Assembly (NCBI GenBank): GCA_017548825.1
Contig: JAFYZG010000165.1
Span: forward strand, 1-60,457
Source: Oscillospiraceae bacterium
GTDB taxonomy: Bacteria > Bacillota > Clostridia > Oscillospirales > Ruminococcaceae
Direction: 5' to 3'
DNA: 60,457 nt
Positions within the stretch are counted from its first letter, which is position 1. Each line of letters starts with the position of its first letter. The position numbers and the translations under genes are program-made. Of the stretch, positions 26,622 through 36,356 are shown piece by piece. The notes beneath the pieces were generated by a model. It did no database searches. It was not told the DNA's origin and saw only the letters and a program-made list of their open reading frames with translations.

Positions 26622-28733
26622 ATGTTTGAGAATTACCGTGTTTTCGAGACAGAGATAGCGGGCCGCAAATTCCGCGTTGAATCCGGCAAGCTTGCCCTGC
26701 TCGCAAATGCAGCGGTGATGTGCAGCTACGGGGACACCAGAGTCCTCTGCACAGTCACCATGAGCCCCAAGCCCAGGGAAGGGATAGACTATTTCCCCCT
26801 GTCCGTGGACTTTGAAGAAAAACTCTATTCCGTGGGAAAGATCCCCGGAAGTTTCCTGAGAAGAGAAGGACGCGCCAGTGAGAAGGCCACTCTGGCTTCC
26901 AGAGTCGTAGACCGCCCCCTGCGTCCCCTGTTCCCCAAGGATATGCGCAATGACGTGGCAGTCGTCATGACCGTCATGTCCGTCGATCCCGACTGCTCGC
27001 CCGAGATAACCGGTCTTATCGGTTCATCCATCGCCATCGCGATCTCCGATGTACCGTGGGACGGACCGGTCGCCGGCGTATCAGTCGGTCTTGTTGACGG
27101 AGAGATCGTCATCAACCCGACCCATGAGCAGAACGAACATAACGACCTGCAGCTCACAGTTGTCAGCAGCGACAAGAAGGTCGTCATGATAGAAGCAGGA
27201 GCGAACGAAGTTGACAATGAGACCATGTTCAACGCCATCGTGGCGGGAGACAAGGTCAACAAGGAGATAGTCAGCTTCATCAACTCCATCGTTGCCGAGA
27301 TAGGCAAGGAAAAGATCCCGTTCGAGAGCAAGGATGTCCCGCATGATCTTTTTGAAGCGGTCAAGGAAATGGCTGTCGAAAAGGTCCGCGCAGCTATGGA
27401 TACAGATGACAAGCTGATCCGCGACGCTGCCCTGCTGCCCATCTACGATGAGGTGCATGCGGCATTTGACGAGCAGTATGAGGACAACACATCGATCATC
27501 GATGACGCTCTTTATAAACTGCAGAAGTACGTGGTCCGCAGATGGCTGCTCGACGACGGCAAGAGAGTCGACGGACGCGGCATCAACGATATCCGCCCGC
27601 TGGCTTCCGAAGTCGGACTTCTTCCCAGAGCCCACGGCAGCGGACTGTTTACCAGAGGACAGACACAGGTACTGACTACATGCACGCTCGCCATGCTCGA
27701 TATGGCGCAGCTCCTGGACGGTCTTGATGACCAGACGGAAAAGCGCTATATGCATCATTACAATATGCCGAGCTATTCAGTCGGCGAGACCCGTCCCAGC
27801 CGCGGCCCCGGCCGCAGGGAGATAGGACACGGCGCGCTGGCAGAGAGATCTCTGCTGCCCGTCATCCCCTCCAAGGAAGAGTTCCCCTACGCGATAAGGC
27901 TCGTTTCCGAAGTTCTTTCCTCCAACGGATCCACATCACAGGGCTCAGTCTGCGGAAGCACGCTGGCACTGATGGATGCGGGCGTCCCGATCAAAGCCCC
28001 TGTGGCAGGGATCTCCTGCGGACTCATCACTGAAGATGACCGCTGGATGACCATGGTCGACATCCAGGGCGTCGAGGACTTCTTCGGCGACATGGACTTC
28101 AAGGTCGCAGGAACCAAGAAGGGCATCACCTCGATACAGATGGACCTCAAGATAGACGGTCTTACATATGACATCATCAGGGAAGCTCTCGAGAAATGCG
28201 AGAAGGCGCGCTTCTACATCCTCGACGAAGTAATGCTGAAGGCTATCCCCGAGCCCCGCAAGGAGCTGTCGCCCTATGCACCGAAGCTCGAAGGAATGGT
28301 CATCGATGTCGATAAGATCGCCGAAGTCATCGGAAAAGGCGGTTCGGTCATCAAGAAGATCTGCGCCGAATGCGAAGTCGAGATCGACGTCGAAGAAGAC
28401 GGTCATGTATATGTTTCCGGCAAGAACAGCGAAGGCGTCAGGAGAGCTCTCAGCATAATCCAGACGATCGTAACGGATCCGGAGATCGGTTCCATGTTCT
28501 ACGGAAAAGTCACAAAGATCCTGCCCATAGGCGCCAAGGTCGAGATAGCTCCCGGTAAGGAAGGCCTCGTCCATATCAGCAAGCTTGACGAACAGAGAGT
28601 CGGCAAGGTGGAAGATGTGGTGAGCGTCGGAGACATCATTCCCGTCAAGGTCATCAAGATCAGCGAAAAAGGCATAGACCTCTCCCGCAAGGATGCCATA
28701 GCCGCCATCAAGGCTGCGAAAAAGGAAGACTGA
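26622..28733 (+). CDS. pnp: Polyribonucleotide nucleotidyltransferase (PNPase)
   Basis: Two RNase PH domains, then KH and S1 domains (GDMDFKVAGT, KIAEVIGKGGSVIKKI, GKVTKILPIGAKVEIAPGKEGLVHISK). Confidence 0.97.
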   Translation: MFENYRVFETEIAGRKFRVESGKLALLANAAVMCSYGDTRVLCTVTMSPKPREGIDYFPLSVDFEEKLYSVGKIPGSFLRREGRASEKATLASRVVDRPLRPLFPKDMRNDVAVVMTVMSVDPDCSPEITGLIGSSIAIAISDVPWDGPVAGVSVGLVDGEIVINPTHEQNEHNDLQLTVVSSDKKVVMIEAGANEVDNETMFNAIVAGDKVNKEIVSFINSIVAEIGKEKIPFESKDVPHDLFEAVKEMAVEKVRAAMDTDDKLIRDAALLPIYDEVHAAFDEQYEDNTSIIDDALYKLQKYVVRRWLLDDGKRVDGRGINDIRPLASEVGLLPRAHGSGLFTRGQTQVLTTCTLAMLDMAQLLDGLDDQTEKRYMHHYNMPSYSVGETRPSRGPGRREIGHGALAERSLLPVIPSKEEFPYAIRLVSEVLSSNGSTSQGSVCGSTLALMDAGVPIKAPVAGISCGLITEDDRWMTMVDIQGVEDFFGDMDFKVAGTKKGITSIQMDLKIDGLTYDIIREALEKCEKARFYILDEVMLKAIPEPRKELSPYAPKLEGMVIDVDKIAEVIGKGGSVIKKICAECEVEIDVEEDGHVYVSGKNSEGVRRALSIIQTIVTDPEIGSMFYGKVTKILPIGAKVEIAPGKEGLVHISKLDEQRVGKVEDVVSVGDIIPVKVIKISEKGIDLSRKDAIAAIKAAKKED

Positions 28734-28835
28734 TCACCGGCGATGAACGAAATGTTCATGATGCGGAAATAAAGTCTTATCCCAAAGGAGTATAATTATA
28801 GATACTACTTCTGATGCGGAGAACGAACTGAAGAC

Positions 28836-29669
28836 ATGCACGACAAAAAAGAAGGAAAACTGAACAAGAAGCAGAAAGCCATTGCATGGATATCTGTCCT
28901 TCTGCTCCTGACTGCTTTCGGAGTATCCACCTACAAGATCGTAATGGCAGTCCGGGAATACAGGAAAAGTGCAGACGCCTACAGTGACCTTCAGGAATAT
29001 GTGTTCCCTGTCTATGAAAACACCGCTCCGGTTGACACAGACAACGGGGATTCCGATTCGCTGGACGAAACGACGGAATCGACCATAGGCTGGTACAACA
29101 CGCTGCAGAATATCGGCGCCGACTTTACGAGACTGGCTGAGATCAACAGCGACGTGGTGGGGTGGATATCCATTCCCTCGACGAAGCTCAGTTATCCGGT
29201 CACTCAGACCGGCGACAACACGTATTACCTCAATCACCTCTTCACAGGAGAAACGAACATCTGCGGATGCGCATTCCTTGACTGCAGGAACGATGAGGAT
29301 TTCGAATCCCGGAACAATATCGTGTACGGGCACAGGATGAATGACGGATCGATGTTCACCTGTATACAGAACTATAAGAATCAGTCGTACTATGATGCCC
29401 ATCCCACAGCGACGCTGTACACGCCGGAAGGCACCTATACGATAGAGTTCTTTGCAGGATATGTCACAGAGGCATACGGGGATCCGTGGCGCTTGAGCTT
29501 CGCATCCGATGAGGCCTATATGGAGTGGCATGACTCGCTGGTCGCAAGATCGGATTTCACATCGAACGTGTCTTTCAGCGAGACGGACAGAGTGATCACA
29601 CTGTCTACCTGCTCGGGATCATTCACCAATGCCAGATATGTTCTCCACGGAGTCATCAGAGGGTATTGA
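28836..29669 (+). CDS. srtB: Class B sortase
   Basis: N-terminal TM anchor, YYLNH...GCAFLD, catalytic VYGHRM His, TLSTC Cys and a downstream Arg (NARYVLHG). Confidence 0.88.
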   Translation: MHDKKEGKLNKKQKAIAWISVLLLLTAFGVSTYKIVMAVREYRKSADAYSDLQEYVFPVYENTAPVDTDNGDSDSLDETTESTIGWYNTLQNIGADFTRLAEINSDVVGWISIPSTKLSYPVTQTGDNTYYLNHLFTGETNICGCAFLDCRNDEDFESRNNIVYGHRMNDGSMFTCIQNYKNQSYYDAHPTATLYTPEGTYTIEFFAGYVTEAYGDPWRLSFASDEAYMEWHDSLVARSDFTSNVSFSETDRVITLSTCSGSFTNARYVLHGVIRGY

Positions 29670-29831
29670 TCGTAATCAAATCTGATATCAACTTAAAACC
29701 GGGGCCCATACAGGGCACTGGTTTTTTGGTACAGAAAAGAGACATCGTCATTTTGCGGCGGTGTGTCGATAATGCAGCCGGATATGGGTTATAATGAAAT
29801 TACGATAACCATATAAAGGAAGGAGCATGAC

Positions 29832-31373
29832 ATGATCAAGATCGCGAAAACAGAAGGCGGCCTTGTGCGCGGAACCTATGGCAGCGATATGGCCATCTCG
29901 GTATTCAAGGGAATACCTTTTGCAGCGCCTCCGGTCGGAGAGAACCGCTGGAGAGTCCCGCAGCCCGTAGAACCCTGGGAAGGCGTGCGTGACTGTCTGG
30001 AATACGGCCCGGCGAACATGACGGATTACTCCAGGGCATACGGTCCGTTCTATGAGAAAGAATGGCATTGGGACATGGATTTCCCGATGAGCGAGGACTG
30101 TCTGCATCTCAATATCTGGACCCCTGCAAAGACCCCGGAAGACAGGCTTCCTGTCATGATATGGATATTCGGCGGAGGACTTATCGGAGGAAACCCCGCT
30201 GAGATGGAGTTCGACGGAGAGCGCCTTGCGAGAAGAGGAGTGGTCCTCGTCTCGGTCAACTACAGGACGAACGTGTTCGGCCTGTTTGCCCACCCCGAGA
30301 TCAGCGCAGAGAACGGAGGAAAGCACTGCACAAACTTCGCTCTGTTCGACCAGAAAGCCGGGATCGACTGGGTCGAAAGAAACATTGCGAACTTCGGAGG
30401 AGATCCGGAGAACGTGACCATCTTCGGCCAGTCCGCAGGCGGACGCAGCACTCTGTGTCAGGTGATCTCGCCTCTTAACAGGAACAGCTGCATAAAGAGA
30501 GCCATCACGCAGAGCAGCGCCGGCATCAACTTCGCCATCGGCGGACACGGGACCGACTATCTGACGCTCAAGCAGGCCGAGGAGCAGGGGGACAAGTTCT
30601 TCCGCGAGTATCTCGGCGTCAAGACGCTGGAGGAGGCAAGAGCGCTTCCAGCCGAGTTCATCAGGGATAAGTGCTTTGAGTATCTCGGCAAGAGAGCGGG
30701 ACAGTTCCAGTTCGTGGTGGATGATGACTTCCTCACCGATCAGCCGAACTACATGATGGCGAACAATGACCGCAAGCAGATCCCGATCATGACAGGCTAT
30801 ACGACCGGAGAGTTCTTCGACGTCATCTCTGCCAGGTCTCTCGAAGAGTTCGAAGAGAAGGCGCACATACTCTACGGCAAATACACTGATGAGTTCCTTG
30901 AGCTCTGCGACTTCAAGAGCGGAGATCTGGACAGAGTGCTTGAGCTTTCAAAGGTCAACGGATCGCCCTTCGGTGTGCGTCTGCTTCTGATGCGCGCCGT
31001 GGATGACGGACTCCCGGCTTGGCTGTATGAATTCGACGCGGAGATCCCCGGAGAAGATGATCCCGGCGATTATCATTCATCAGAACTCAACTTCGTATTT
31101 GAGAACCTCGCAAAGTGCTGGAGACCGTTCACGGGAAAGCATTATGATCTCGCAAGGATGATGTGCAATTACTGGACCAACTTCGCCAAGACCGGCGACC
31201 CCAACGGCAACGATGCAGACGGAACCCCGATGCCCAGGTGGGAACCCTTCACGGAGGACTTCTCCAGACCAATCGTCTTCGACGATACAGTGCATATGGC
31301 CGATAAAGACCTGGCTCCGTCCATCAAGGGAATGTACACCCTCGCGGCAGACCTTCTCTGGCGAAAGAAATAG
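29832..31373 (+). CDS. Carboxylesterase, type B (para-nitrobenzyl-esterase-like)
   Basis: EDCLHLNIWTP, IFGGGLIGG oxyanion region and the GQSAGG nucleophile elbow. Confidence 0.9.
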   Translation: MIKIAKTEGGLVRGTYGSDMAISVFKGIPFAAPPVGENRWRVPQPVEPWEGVRDCLEYGPANMTDYSRAYGPFYEKEWHWDMDFPMSEDCLHLNIWTPAKTPEDRLPVMIWIFGGGLIGGNPAEMEFDGERLARRGVVLVSVNYRTNVFGLFAHPEISAENGGKHCTNFALFDQKAGIDWVERNIANFGGDPENVTIFGQSAGGRSTLCQVISPLNRNSCIKRAITQSSAGINFAIGGHGTDYLTLKQAEEQGDKFFREYLGVKTLEEARALPAEFIRDKCFEYLGKRAGQFQFVVDDDFLTDQPNYMMANNDRKQIPIMTGYTTGEFFDVISARSLEEFEEKAHILYGKYTDEFLELCDFKSGDLDRVLELSKVNGSPFGVRLLLMRAVDDGLPAWLYEFDAEIPGEDDPGDYHSSELNFVFENLAKCWRPFTGKHYDLARMMCNYWTNFAKTGDPNGNDADGTPMPRWEPFTEDFSRPIVFDDTVHMADKDLAPSIKGMYTLAADLLWRKK

Positions 31374-31405
31374 AGTCAGAACAGACAGCAGAAAAAAAAG
31401 AAACG

Positions 31406-31427
31406 GGCGGCATCTTCTGATGCCGCC
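31406..31427 (-). terminator. Hairpin with terminator polarity for the minus strand (no minus-strand gene upstream)
   Basis: GGCGGCATC-TTCT-GATGCCGCC. The A-run (31392-31403) sits on the + upstream side, so the U-tract exists only for a minus-strand transcript. Confidence 0.4.
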
Positions 31428-31460
31428 TCTCCATACAAAAGGGACACAGGACAAATGACA

Positions 31461-31488
31461 TTGTAAGTGCCGGTATCGGTGCTATAAT
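31461..31488 (+). promoter_or_regulatory. Sigma-A promoter of pncB
   Basis: TTGTAA (31461-31466), 16 nt, TGcTATAAT (extended -10, hexamer 31483-31488). Confidence 0.6.
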
Positions 31489-31533
31489 GCAAGATAAGGG
31501 TAAGATCACAAACAAAGAAAGAAGAGAGGATAC

Positions 31534-32985
31534 ATGGATAAGAGGAATCTGGCGCTTCTCAACGACTTTTACGAGTATACGATGGCAAGCGGATTCACCG
31601 CAGCGGGACTGTCGGACAGGATCGCGTATTTTGACATCTTTTTCAGGGAAGTACCGGACGGAGGCGGTTATGTCATCGCCGCAGGACTGGACGAGATAGC
31701 AAACTATGTTAAGGATTTCCACTTCGATGAGAGCGATATCGAATATCTGAGAGATCAGAAGTGCTTCTCGGAGGAGTGGCTGAAAAGCCTGGAGGATTTC
31801 CGTTTTACCGGAGATATATGGGCAGTGCCGGAGGGAACGGTGGTGTTCCCCGGCGAACCGCTTCTCACGGTGAGGGCAAGGACCGTGGAGGCACAGATCC
31901 TCGAGACTTTCCTGCTGCTGTGCATCAACCATCAGTCTCTTATCGCCACCAAGTCCAACAGGATAGTAAGAGCTGCGCAGGGAAGGCCGGTCATGGAATT
32001 CGGAGCCAGAAGAGCGCACGGAGCATCGGCCGCGTATTACGGCGCAAGGGCGTCCTACATCGCCGGCTGCGCCGGAACGAGCTGCACGCTCACCGGAAAG
32101 GATTACGATATCCCGGCGCTGGGAACGATGGCGCACAGCTGGGTACAGATCTTTGATGACGAATACACCGCTTTCAAGACCTACTGCGAACAGTATCCCC
32201 AGAATGCCTGCCTGCTCATAGATACCTATGATGTCCTGAACAGCGGCCTGCCGAATGCCATGAGAGCCTTCAAGGAAGTGCTCTGGCCGATGGGAGTCCA
32301 CAAGTGTTCCGTCAGGATCGACTCCGGAGACCTGGCTTATCTCACCAGACGCACCCGCGAGATCCTGGATGAGAACGGCCTGCAGGAATGCAAGATCGTC
32401 ATCAGCAACGCCCTTGACGAGTATCTGATCACCGACCTTATCGCGCAGGGAGGATGCGTGGACAGTTTCGGCGTGGGAGAGAGGCTGATCACCGCAAAGA
32501 GCGATCCGATCCTGGGCGGCGTATACAAACTTGCGGCAATAGAGGACGCCGACGGTGTCGTCCATCCCAGAATAAAGATCAGCGAGAACGTGATCAAGAT
32601 CACGACGCCGCACTTCAAAAAGATATACCGTCTATATGACAAGGAGACAGGAAAGGCGATAGCCGATCAGATATGCGTATACGATGAGACTATAGATGAG
32701 AGTCAGCCTCTGACGATATTCGACCAGCACAATCCCTGGAAGAGAAAAACGATAGAGAACTTCACCGCGAGAGAACTCATGGTACAGGTGTTCAAGAACG
32801 GCAAGCTCGTGTACGACCTCCCTGACATGAAGCAGATCAGGGAGTACTGCAGGAAGGAAGTCGACACACTGTGGGACGAGGTAAAGAGATTCGAGAATCC
32901 TCACGGCTACTATGTGGACCTTTCGCAGAAGCTCTATGATATCAAGACAGAACTTCTCTACGAGGGCAGCAACCATAAAGAGTGA
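31534..32985 (+). CDS. pncB: Nicotinate phosphoribosyltransferase
   Basis: LLNDFYEYTMASGF N-terminus, GTMAHSWVQ, and NAPRTase family similarity along the full length. Confidence 0.93.
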   Translation: MDKRNLALLNDFYEYTMASGFTAAGLSDRIAYFDIFFREVPDGGGYVIAAGLDEIANYVKDFHFDESDIEYLRDQKCFSEEWLKSLEDFRFTGDIWAVPEGTVVFPGEPLLTVRARTVEAQILETFLLLCINHQSLIATKSNRIVRAAQGRPVMEFGARRAHGASAAYYGARASYIAGCAGTSCTLTGKDYDIPALGTMAHSWVQIFDDEYTAFKTYCEQYPQNACLLIDTYDVLNSGLPNAMRAFKEVLWPMGVHKCSVRIDSGDLAYLTRRTREILDENGLQECKIVISNALDEYLITDLIAQGGCVDSFGVGERLITAKSDPILGGVYKLAAIEDADGVVHPRIKISENVIKITTPHFKKIYRLYDKETGKAIADQICVYDETIDESQPLTIFDQHNPWKRKTIENFTARELMVQVFKNGKLVYDLPDMKQIREYCRKEVDTLWDEVKRFENPHGYYVDLSQKLYDIKTELLYEGSNHKE

Positions 32986-32993
32986 TCAGAGAC

Positions 32994-33035
32994 ACAAAAA
33001 AGGCCATCAGCCGCTTTAGACTGATGGCCTTATCT
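32994..33035. terminator. Bidirectional terminator between convergent pncB and a lipoprotein gene
   Basis: AAAAAA + GGCCATCAG-loop-CTGATGGCC + TTATCTG. Confidence 0.7.
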
Positions 33036-33063
33036 GATGCTGAGGATGGAAAGGAACAGCCGG

Positions 33064-33585
33064 TCAGGCTGTCCGGGTGAAGATGTCACGGTTCACTACG
33101 GCCCCGATCTGATCGCCGAAGAATCTGAGCTCGTCGGTATCTATGAGAACGAGAGAGAAGGAGACTACATCGGAACCCAGGAAGTCCTCGCTGTCCCGGT
33201 CCTTGATAACACACTCCGCCCGGTCATCTCTGACGCTTACCGTGCCGCTGACAGTAGTCATGACTACGTCGGCACCGCCGGAAAGGGAATCAAAGCGGAG
33301 AGAAAATGTCCCGTCTTCCTTGATCTCCAGCACGGAGATCCTGCCGTGCCAGCTGTCATCGTCTGTGGAGCTGTGATCCAGGGCAGACCAGCTGCAGGAA
33401 AAGCTTCCTACGAACGGTGACTCCTTGAGGTTTTTCCCGCTGTATGCAGGCGTGGACGGAATAGGCTCTAGAACAATCTCCTCATCTTCCTCCGGATGTT
33501 TGTTTTTTCCGCAGGAGACAAGAGAGATCATCAGGAGGAGAACAAAGAACAGGCATATTATCTTTTTAAAAGATCTGTCCGTCAT
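33064..33585 (-). CDS. Hypothetical lipoprotein
   Basis: Signal peptide with lipobox LVSC|G (MTDRSFKKIICLFFVLLLMISLVSCGK). No family is recognised. I choose the start at ATG 33585. Confidence 0.7.
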   Translation of the reverse strand: MTDRSFKKIICLFFVLLLMISLVSCGKNKHPEEDEEIVLEPIPSTPAYSGKNLKESPFVGSFSCSWSALDHSSTDDDSWHGRISVLEIKEDGTFSLRFDSLSGGADVVMTTVSGTVSVRDDRAECVIKDRDSEDFLGSDVVSFSLVLIDTDELRFFGDQIGAVVNRDIFTRTA

Positions 33586-33705
33586 CAAATCAAACCTGAA
33601 TAATGGATTCGTAATGGGATCAGCATATGATCTCACTTACACATAATTATAGCACAAAGATCATACACAGAGATCTTCCCCGTGGCTTCAGAAAGCTCCT
33701 GATTT

Positions 33706-33733
33706 TGCAAAAAACGCCAATAATAGTATAATT
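33706..33733 (+). promoter_or_regulatory. Putative sigma-A promoter of sppA
   Basis: TTGCAA (33706-33711), 16 nt, TATAAT (33728-33733). Confidence 0.55.
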
Positions 33734-33767
33734 ATCGGTGACTTAACGAAAGGTTTTTATTTGTGAA

Positions 33768-34700
33768 ATGAAAACAAAACAGTTCATTACTATCATAATA
33801 TCGTGCCTCCTTATCCTGACCGTCGGGATCCTGGGGATCAGACAGTCGGGCTTCTTCGGAGGGAAAGAGGCATACGTGGGATCGTACATCTCGGTCATCT
33901 GGATCAGCGGGACCATCGGTGAAACATCCTATGATATCTTCGGGAATGAGACATCCCTGTCCACCTTCACGATCTGTGACTATCTTGATCAGATAGCGGC
34001 TGACAGACACAACAAGGGGCTGTTCATAGAGATAGATTCCCCCGGCGGATCTGTTTATGACAGCGATAAGATCTATCAGGCACTGATGGAGTACAAGGAG
34101 CTCACAGGCCGCCCCATCGTGGCAGCGTGCCTCAGCACCATGTGCTCCGGGGCGTACTATATCGCAAGCGCAGCTGACGAGATCTACGCGGAAAGAACGG
34201 CAGACGTCGGTTCCATAGGAGTGTACATCGAGATGATGGATGTCTCCGAACTGGCAGCCAAACTGGGAGTCAAGGTCGACTATATAAGGTCATCCGAGAA
34301 CAAGGCGATGGGCAACATGTACAACGCCATGACCGAAGAGCAGAGAGCGATCTACCAGAGCATAATCGACGAGCACTACGAGAGATTCCTGGACATCGTG
34401 CAGAAATCCAGAGGTTATGACAGAGAGACGCTGAGAAAGATCGCCGACGGAAGAGCATACACAGCGACGCAGGCGCTTCAGAACGGGCTGATCGACGGCA
34501 TCAAGGAATACGACGATGTCCTCCTGGATTTCGAGGAGCAGCTCGGAGTCTATACTCTGCTTGCCCCGGAGGTGGCGAATGAGGATATCATCAGCGCCAT
34601 TCTCCGTCAGCTCCCCGGTGGCCTGTTCGGCAAAAGCGAGATCGAGGAACTGAAAGAGCTTCTTGAGAAGAGAAACGGCAGGGCGATGTACCATGAGTGA
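33768..34700 (+). CDS. sppA: Signal peptide peptidase SppA (36K type, peptidase S49)
   Basis: N-terminal TM, IDSPGGSVY, and MCSGAYYIASAADEIYAERTADVGSIGV containing the catalytic Ser region. Confidence 0.9.
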   Translation: MKTKQFITIIISCLLILTVGILGIRQSGFFGGKEAYVGSYISVIWISGTIGETSYDIFGNETSLSTFTICDYLDQIAADRHNKGLFIEIDSPGGSVYDSDKIYQALMEYKELTGRPIVAACLSTMCSGAYYIASAADEIYAERTADVGSIGVYIEMMDVSELAAKLGVKVDYIRSSENKAMGNMYNAMTEEQRAIYQSIIDEHYERFLDIVQKSRGYDRETLRKIADGRAYTATQALQNGLIDGIKEYDDVLLDFEEQLGVYTLLAPEVANEDIISAILRQLPGGLFGKSEIEELKELLEKRNGRAMYHE

Positions 34701-35502
34701 GATCCTTGATTTCGAAAACACAGAAAAACAGACAGAGACCCCGTCGGAAGAGGTCCCTGCTGAGACGCTGCTTCCTGAAGAGCCCGCGGTGACAGAAGAA
34801 GTCCCGCAGCCTGCGGCAGAGGATGCGCATGCGGAAGATACTGCAGTCCCGGATCCGTTCGGGCCGGTGAATACCGGGAGCATTCCGCTTGAAGTGCCCG
34901 CGGCGGCAGACAGCGGATATATCTCTCCCTATTCGGCGCAGTCGGCGGCAGGAATAGGCAGACAGAGGACAGACGCTGATGGAGAACCCGCAGGAGAGCG
35001 GGCCGGATTCTGGCCTAGACTGGCTGCGTTCCTGATAGATGCTGTTATAGCAACGGTCCTGTGGGGCATGCTGCTGTTCTTGTTCGGCTTGTTCACCGAC
35101 AGGCTGAATGAACCGTTCTTCTTCAGCATTAAGCTCAGAACGGTACTGATGTATGTCGCCCAGAAACTGTACTTCGTCATTGCGGAGTGGAAGTTTGGGA
35201 AGACTCTGGGGAAAAAAGCACTCAGGCTTGAAGTGATCAGCAGCGAATCTCTCGGAAGACCTGGCCTGTGGACAGTGTTCTTCCGTGAGACGTTCGGGAA
35301 ATTCCTGTCTTCTGCATGTGTAGTGGGAGACCTGATGATCCTGGGCAAAGAACATCTGCCGCTCTATGACAGACTTGCAGACACAGAGGTCGTATATACG
35401 GTAAACGCTCATAAACCCGCAAAAGAGGCAGTCAAAACAGAAGAGGCGGTTATACCGTCTGTTCCGGAAACTGTGCAGGAACAGGAGACGGAGTCCGTCT
35501 GA
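34693..35502 (+). CDS. RDD family membrane protein with acidic/Pro-rich N-terminal region
   Basis: FWPRLAAFLIDAVIATVLW...GKTLGKKALRLEV...LYDRLADTEVV (RDD-type core). Its ATG overlaps the sppA stop (ATGAGTGA). Confidence 0.8.
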   Translation: MSEILDFENTEKQTETPSEEVPAETLLPEEPAVTEEVPQPAAEDAHAEDTAVPDPFGPVNTGSIPLEVPAAADSGYISPYSAQSAAGIGRQRTDADGEPAGERAGFWPRLAAFLIDAVIATVLWGMLLFLFGLFTDRLNEPFFFSIKLRTVLMYVAQKLYFVIAEWKFGKTLGKKALRLEVISSESLGRPGLWTVFFRETFGKFLSSACVVGDLMILGKEHLPLYDRLADTEVVYTVNAHKPAKEAVKTEEAVIPSVPETVQEQETESV

Positions 35503-35520
35503 CAGCCGAAGAGGAAAGAT

Positions 35521-36216
35521 ATGGCAAGAGTAAAGCACACAAAAGCAGAGAAAGCGAAGATCAGACGCAGAAGAGCGAGACAGTTCCGCGGTGCGGTATT
35601 TCTCCTGCTCGCGTTTGTCGGAGTCATTTCCATAATATCTGTCGCAGTCGGACAGATACGGAAGCTGACCAATGATGACGCGCAGAAAGCTGAATTCGCG
35701 AAGATCATCGCGCCTCTGGTGGCGCTGGACCCGGCACCGTTCGAGGGGACGGAGAAAGCAAAGGCTGAGCTGCTTGAAGAGGCATCAATCAGAGCGGTCA
35801 TCTCAAACGAGAACATCTCAAAATATGTCAGGACCAGTGAAGGACAGATCCTGATCCCGGTACTGGATGTTGACAGGTATTTCACAAAGCTGTTCGGATC
35901 CGGCAGTCTTCCCAGACATGCAACTTTCACCGACGGAGACATCACATTTGAGTATGATTCCGAGAGCAAGTGCTATATAGTGCCGTTCACCAATCTAAGC
36001 GGAACGTATTATCCGCGTATCAGCAAGATCGATTCCAGCGGAAGTACCAGGACACTTACAGTAGACTATCTGTCGTATGCGGATCAGGGGAACGTCATCG
36101 GCGTTACCGGAGACGAAGGCGGTCAGAGAGTGATCAAGACCATGGAGTATATCCTGCTGAAGGAAAGCGGAGAATACCATATCTATTCAGTCAGGTATGC
36201 GGGACAGAGCAGCTGA
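35521..36216 (+). CDS. Hypothetical single-pass membrane protein
   Basis: Basic N-terminus, one TM (AVFLLLAFVGVISIISVAV), then a ~170-aa extracytoplasmic domain. No family is recognised. Confidence 0.7.
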   Translation: MARVKHTKAEKAKIRRRRARQFRGAVFLLLAFVGVISIISVAVGQIRKLTNDDAQKAEFAKIIAPLVALDPAPFEGTEKAKAELLEEASIRAVISNENISKYVRTSEGQILIPVLDVDRYFTKLFGSGSLPRHATFTDGDITFEYDSESKCYIVPFTNLSGTYYPRISKIDSSGSTRTLTVDYLSYADQGNVIGVTGDEGGQRVIKTMEYILLKESGEYHIYSVRYAGQSS

Positions 36217-36238
36217 CGGCTGATAATAAAAGATATAT

Positions 36239-36270
36239 GCGGGTGCCGGGACTGGCGCCCGCTGTTTTTT
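36239..36270 (+). terminator. Intrinsic terminator
   Basis: GCGGGTGCC-GGGACT-GGCGCCCGC stem followed by TGTTTTTT. Confidence 0.8.
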
Positions 36271-36295
36271 GACTGATCGGCAGAGAGGCCCAGTG

Positions 36296-36324
36296 TTGCC
36301 AAATAAAGGTCAAAAGAATACAAT
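36296..36324 (+). promoter_or_regulatory. Sigma-A promoter of metG
   Basis: TTGCCA (36296-36301), 17 nt, TACAAT (36319-36324). Confidence 0.6.
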
Positions 36325-36356
36325 AATTAGGCTGATTATTAACAGAAGGGATTGGA

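Noticed and set aside
29748-30866. 372-aa ORF antisense to the carboxylesterase gene
   Set aside because: It is in phase with the sense codons (both congruent to 0 mod 3). It has no start context and no family resemblance.
31324-32613. 429-aa ORF antisense to pncB (and reaching into the esterase 3' end)
   Set aside because: It is in phase with the pncB codons (both congruent to 1 mod 3). It crosses an intergenic promoter/terminator region, which a real gene would not do coherently.
36217-36356. T-box or other riboswitch leader upstream of metG (also considered for serS, pncB, ribF and the ECF S component)
   Set aside because: The metG gap holds only a terminator and a promoter about 33 nt from the start codon, far too short for a T-box (~200+ nt). 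The other genes have at most 50 nt of leader or none.
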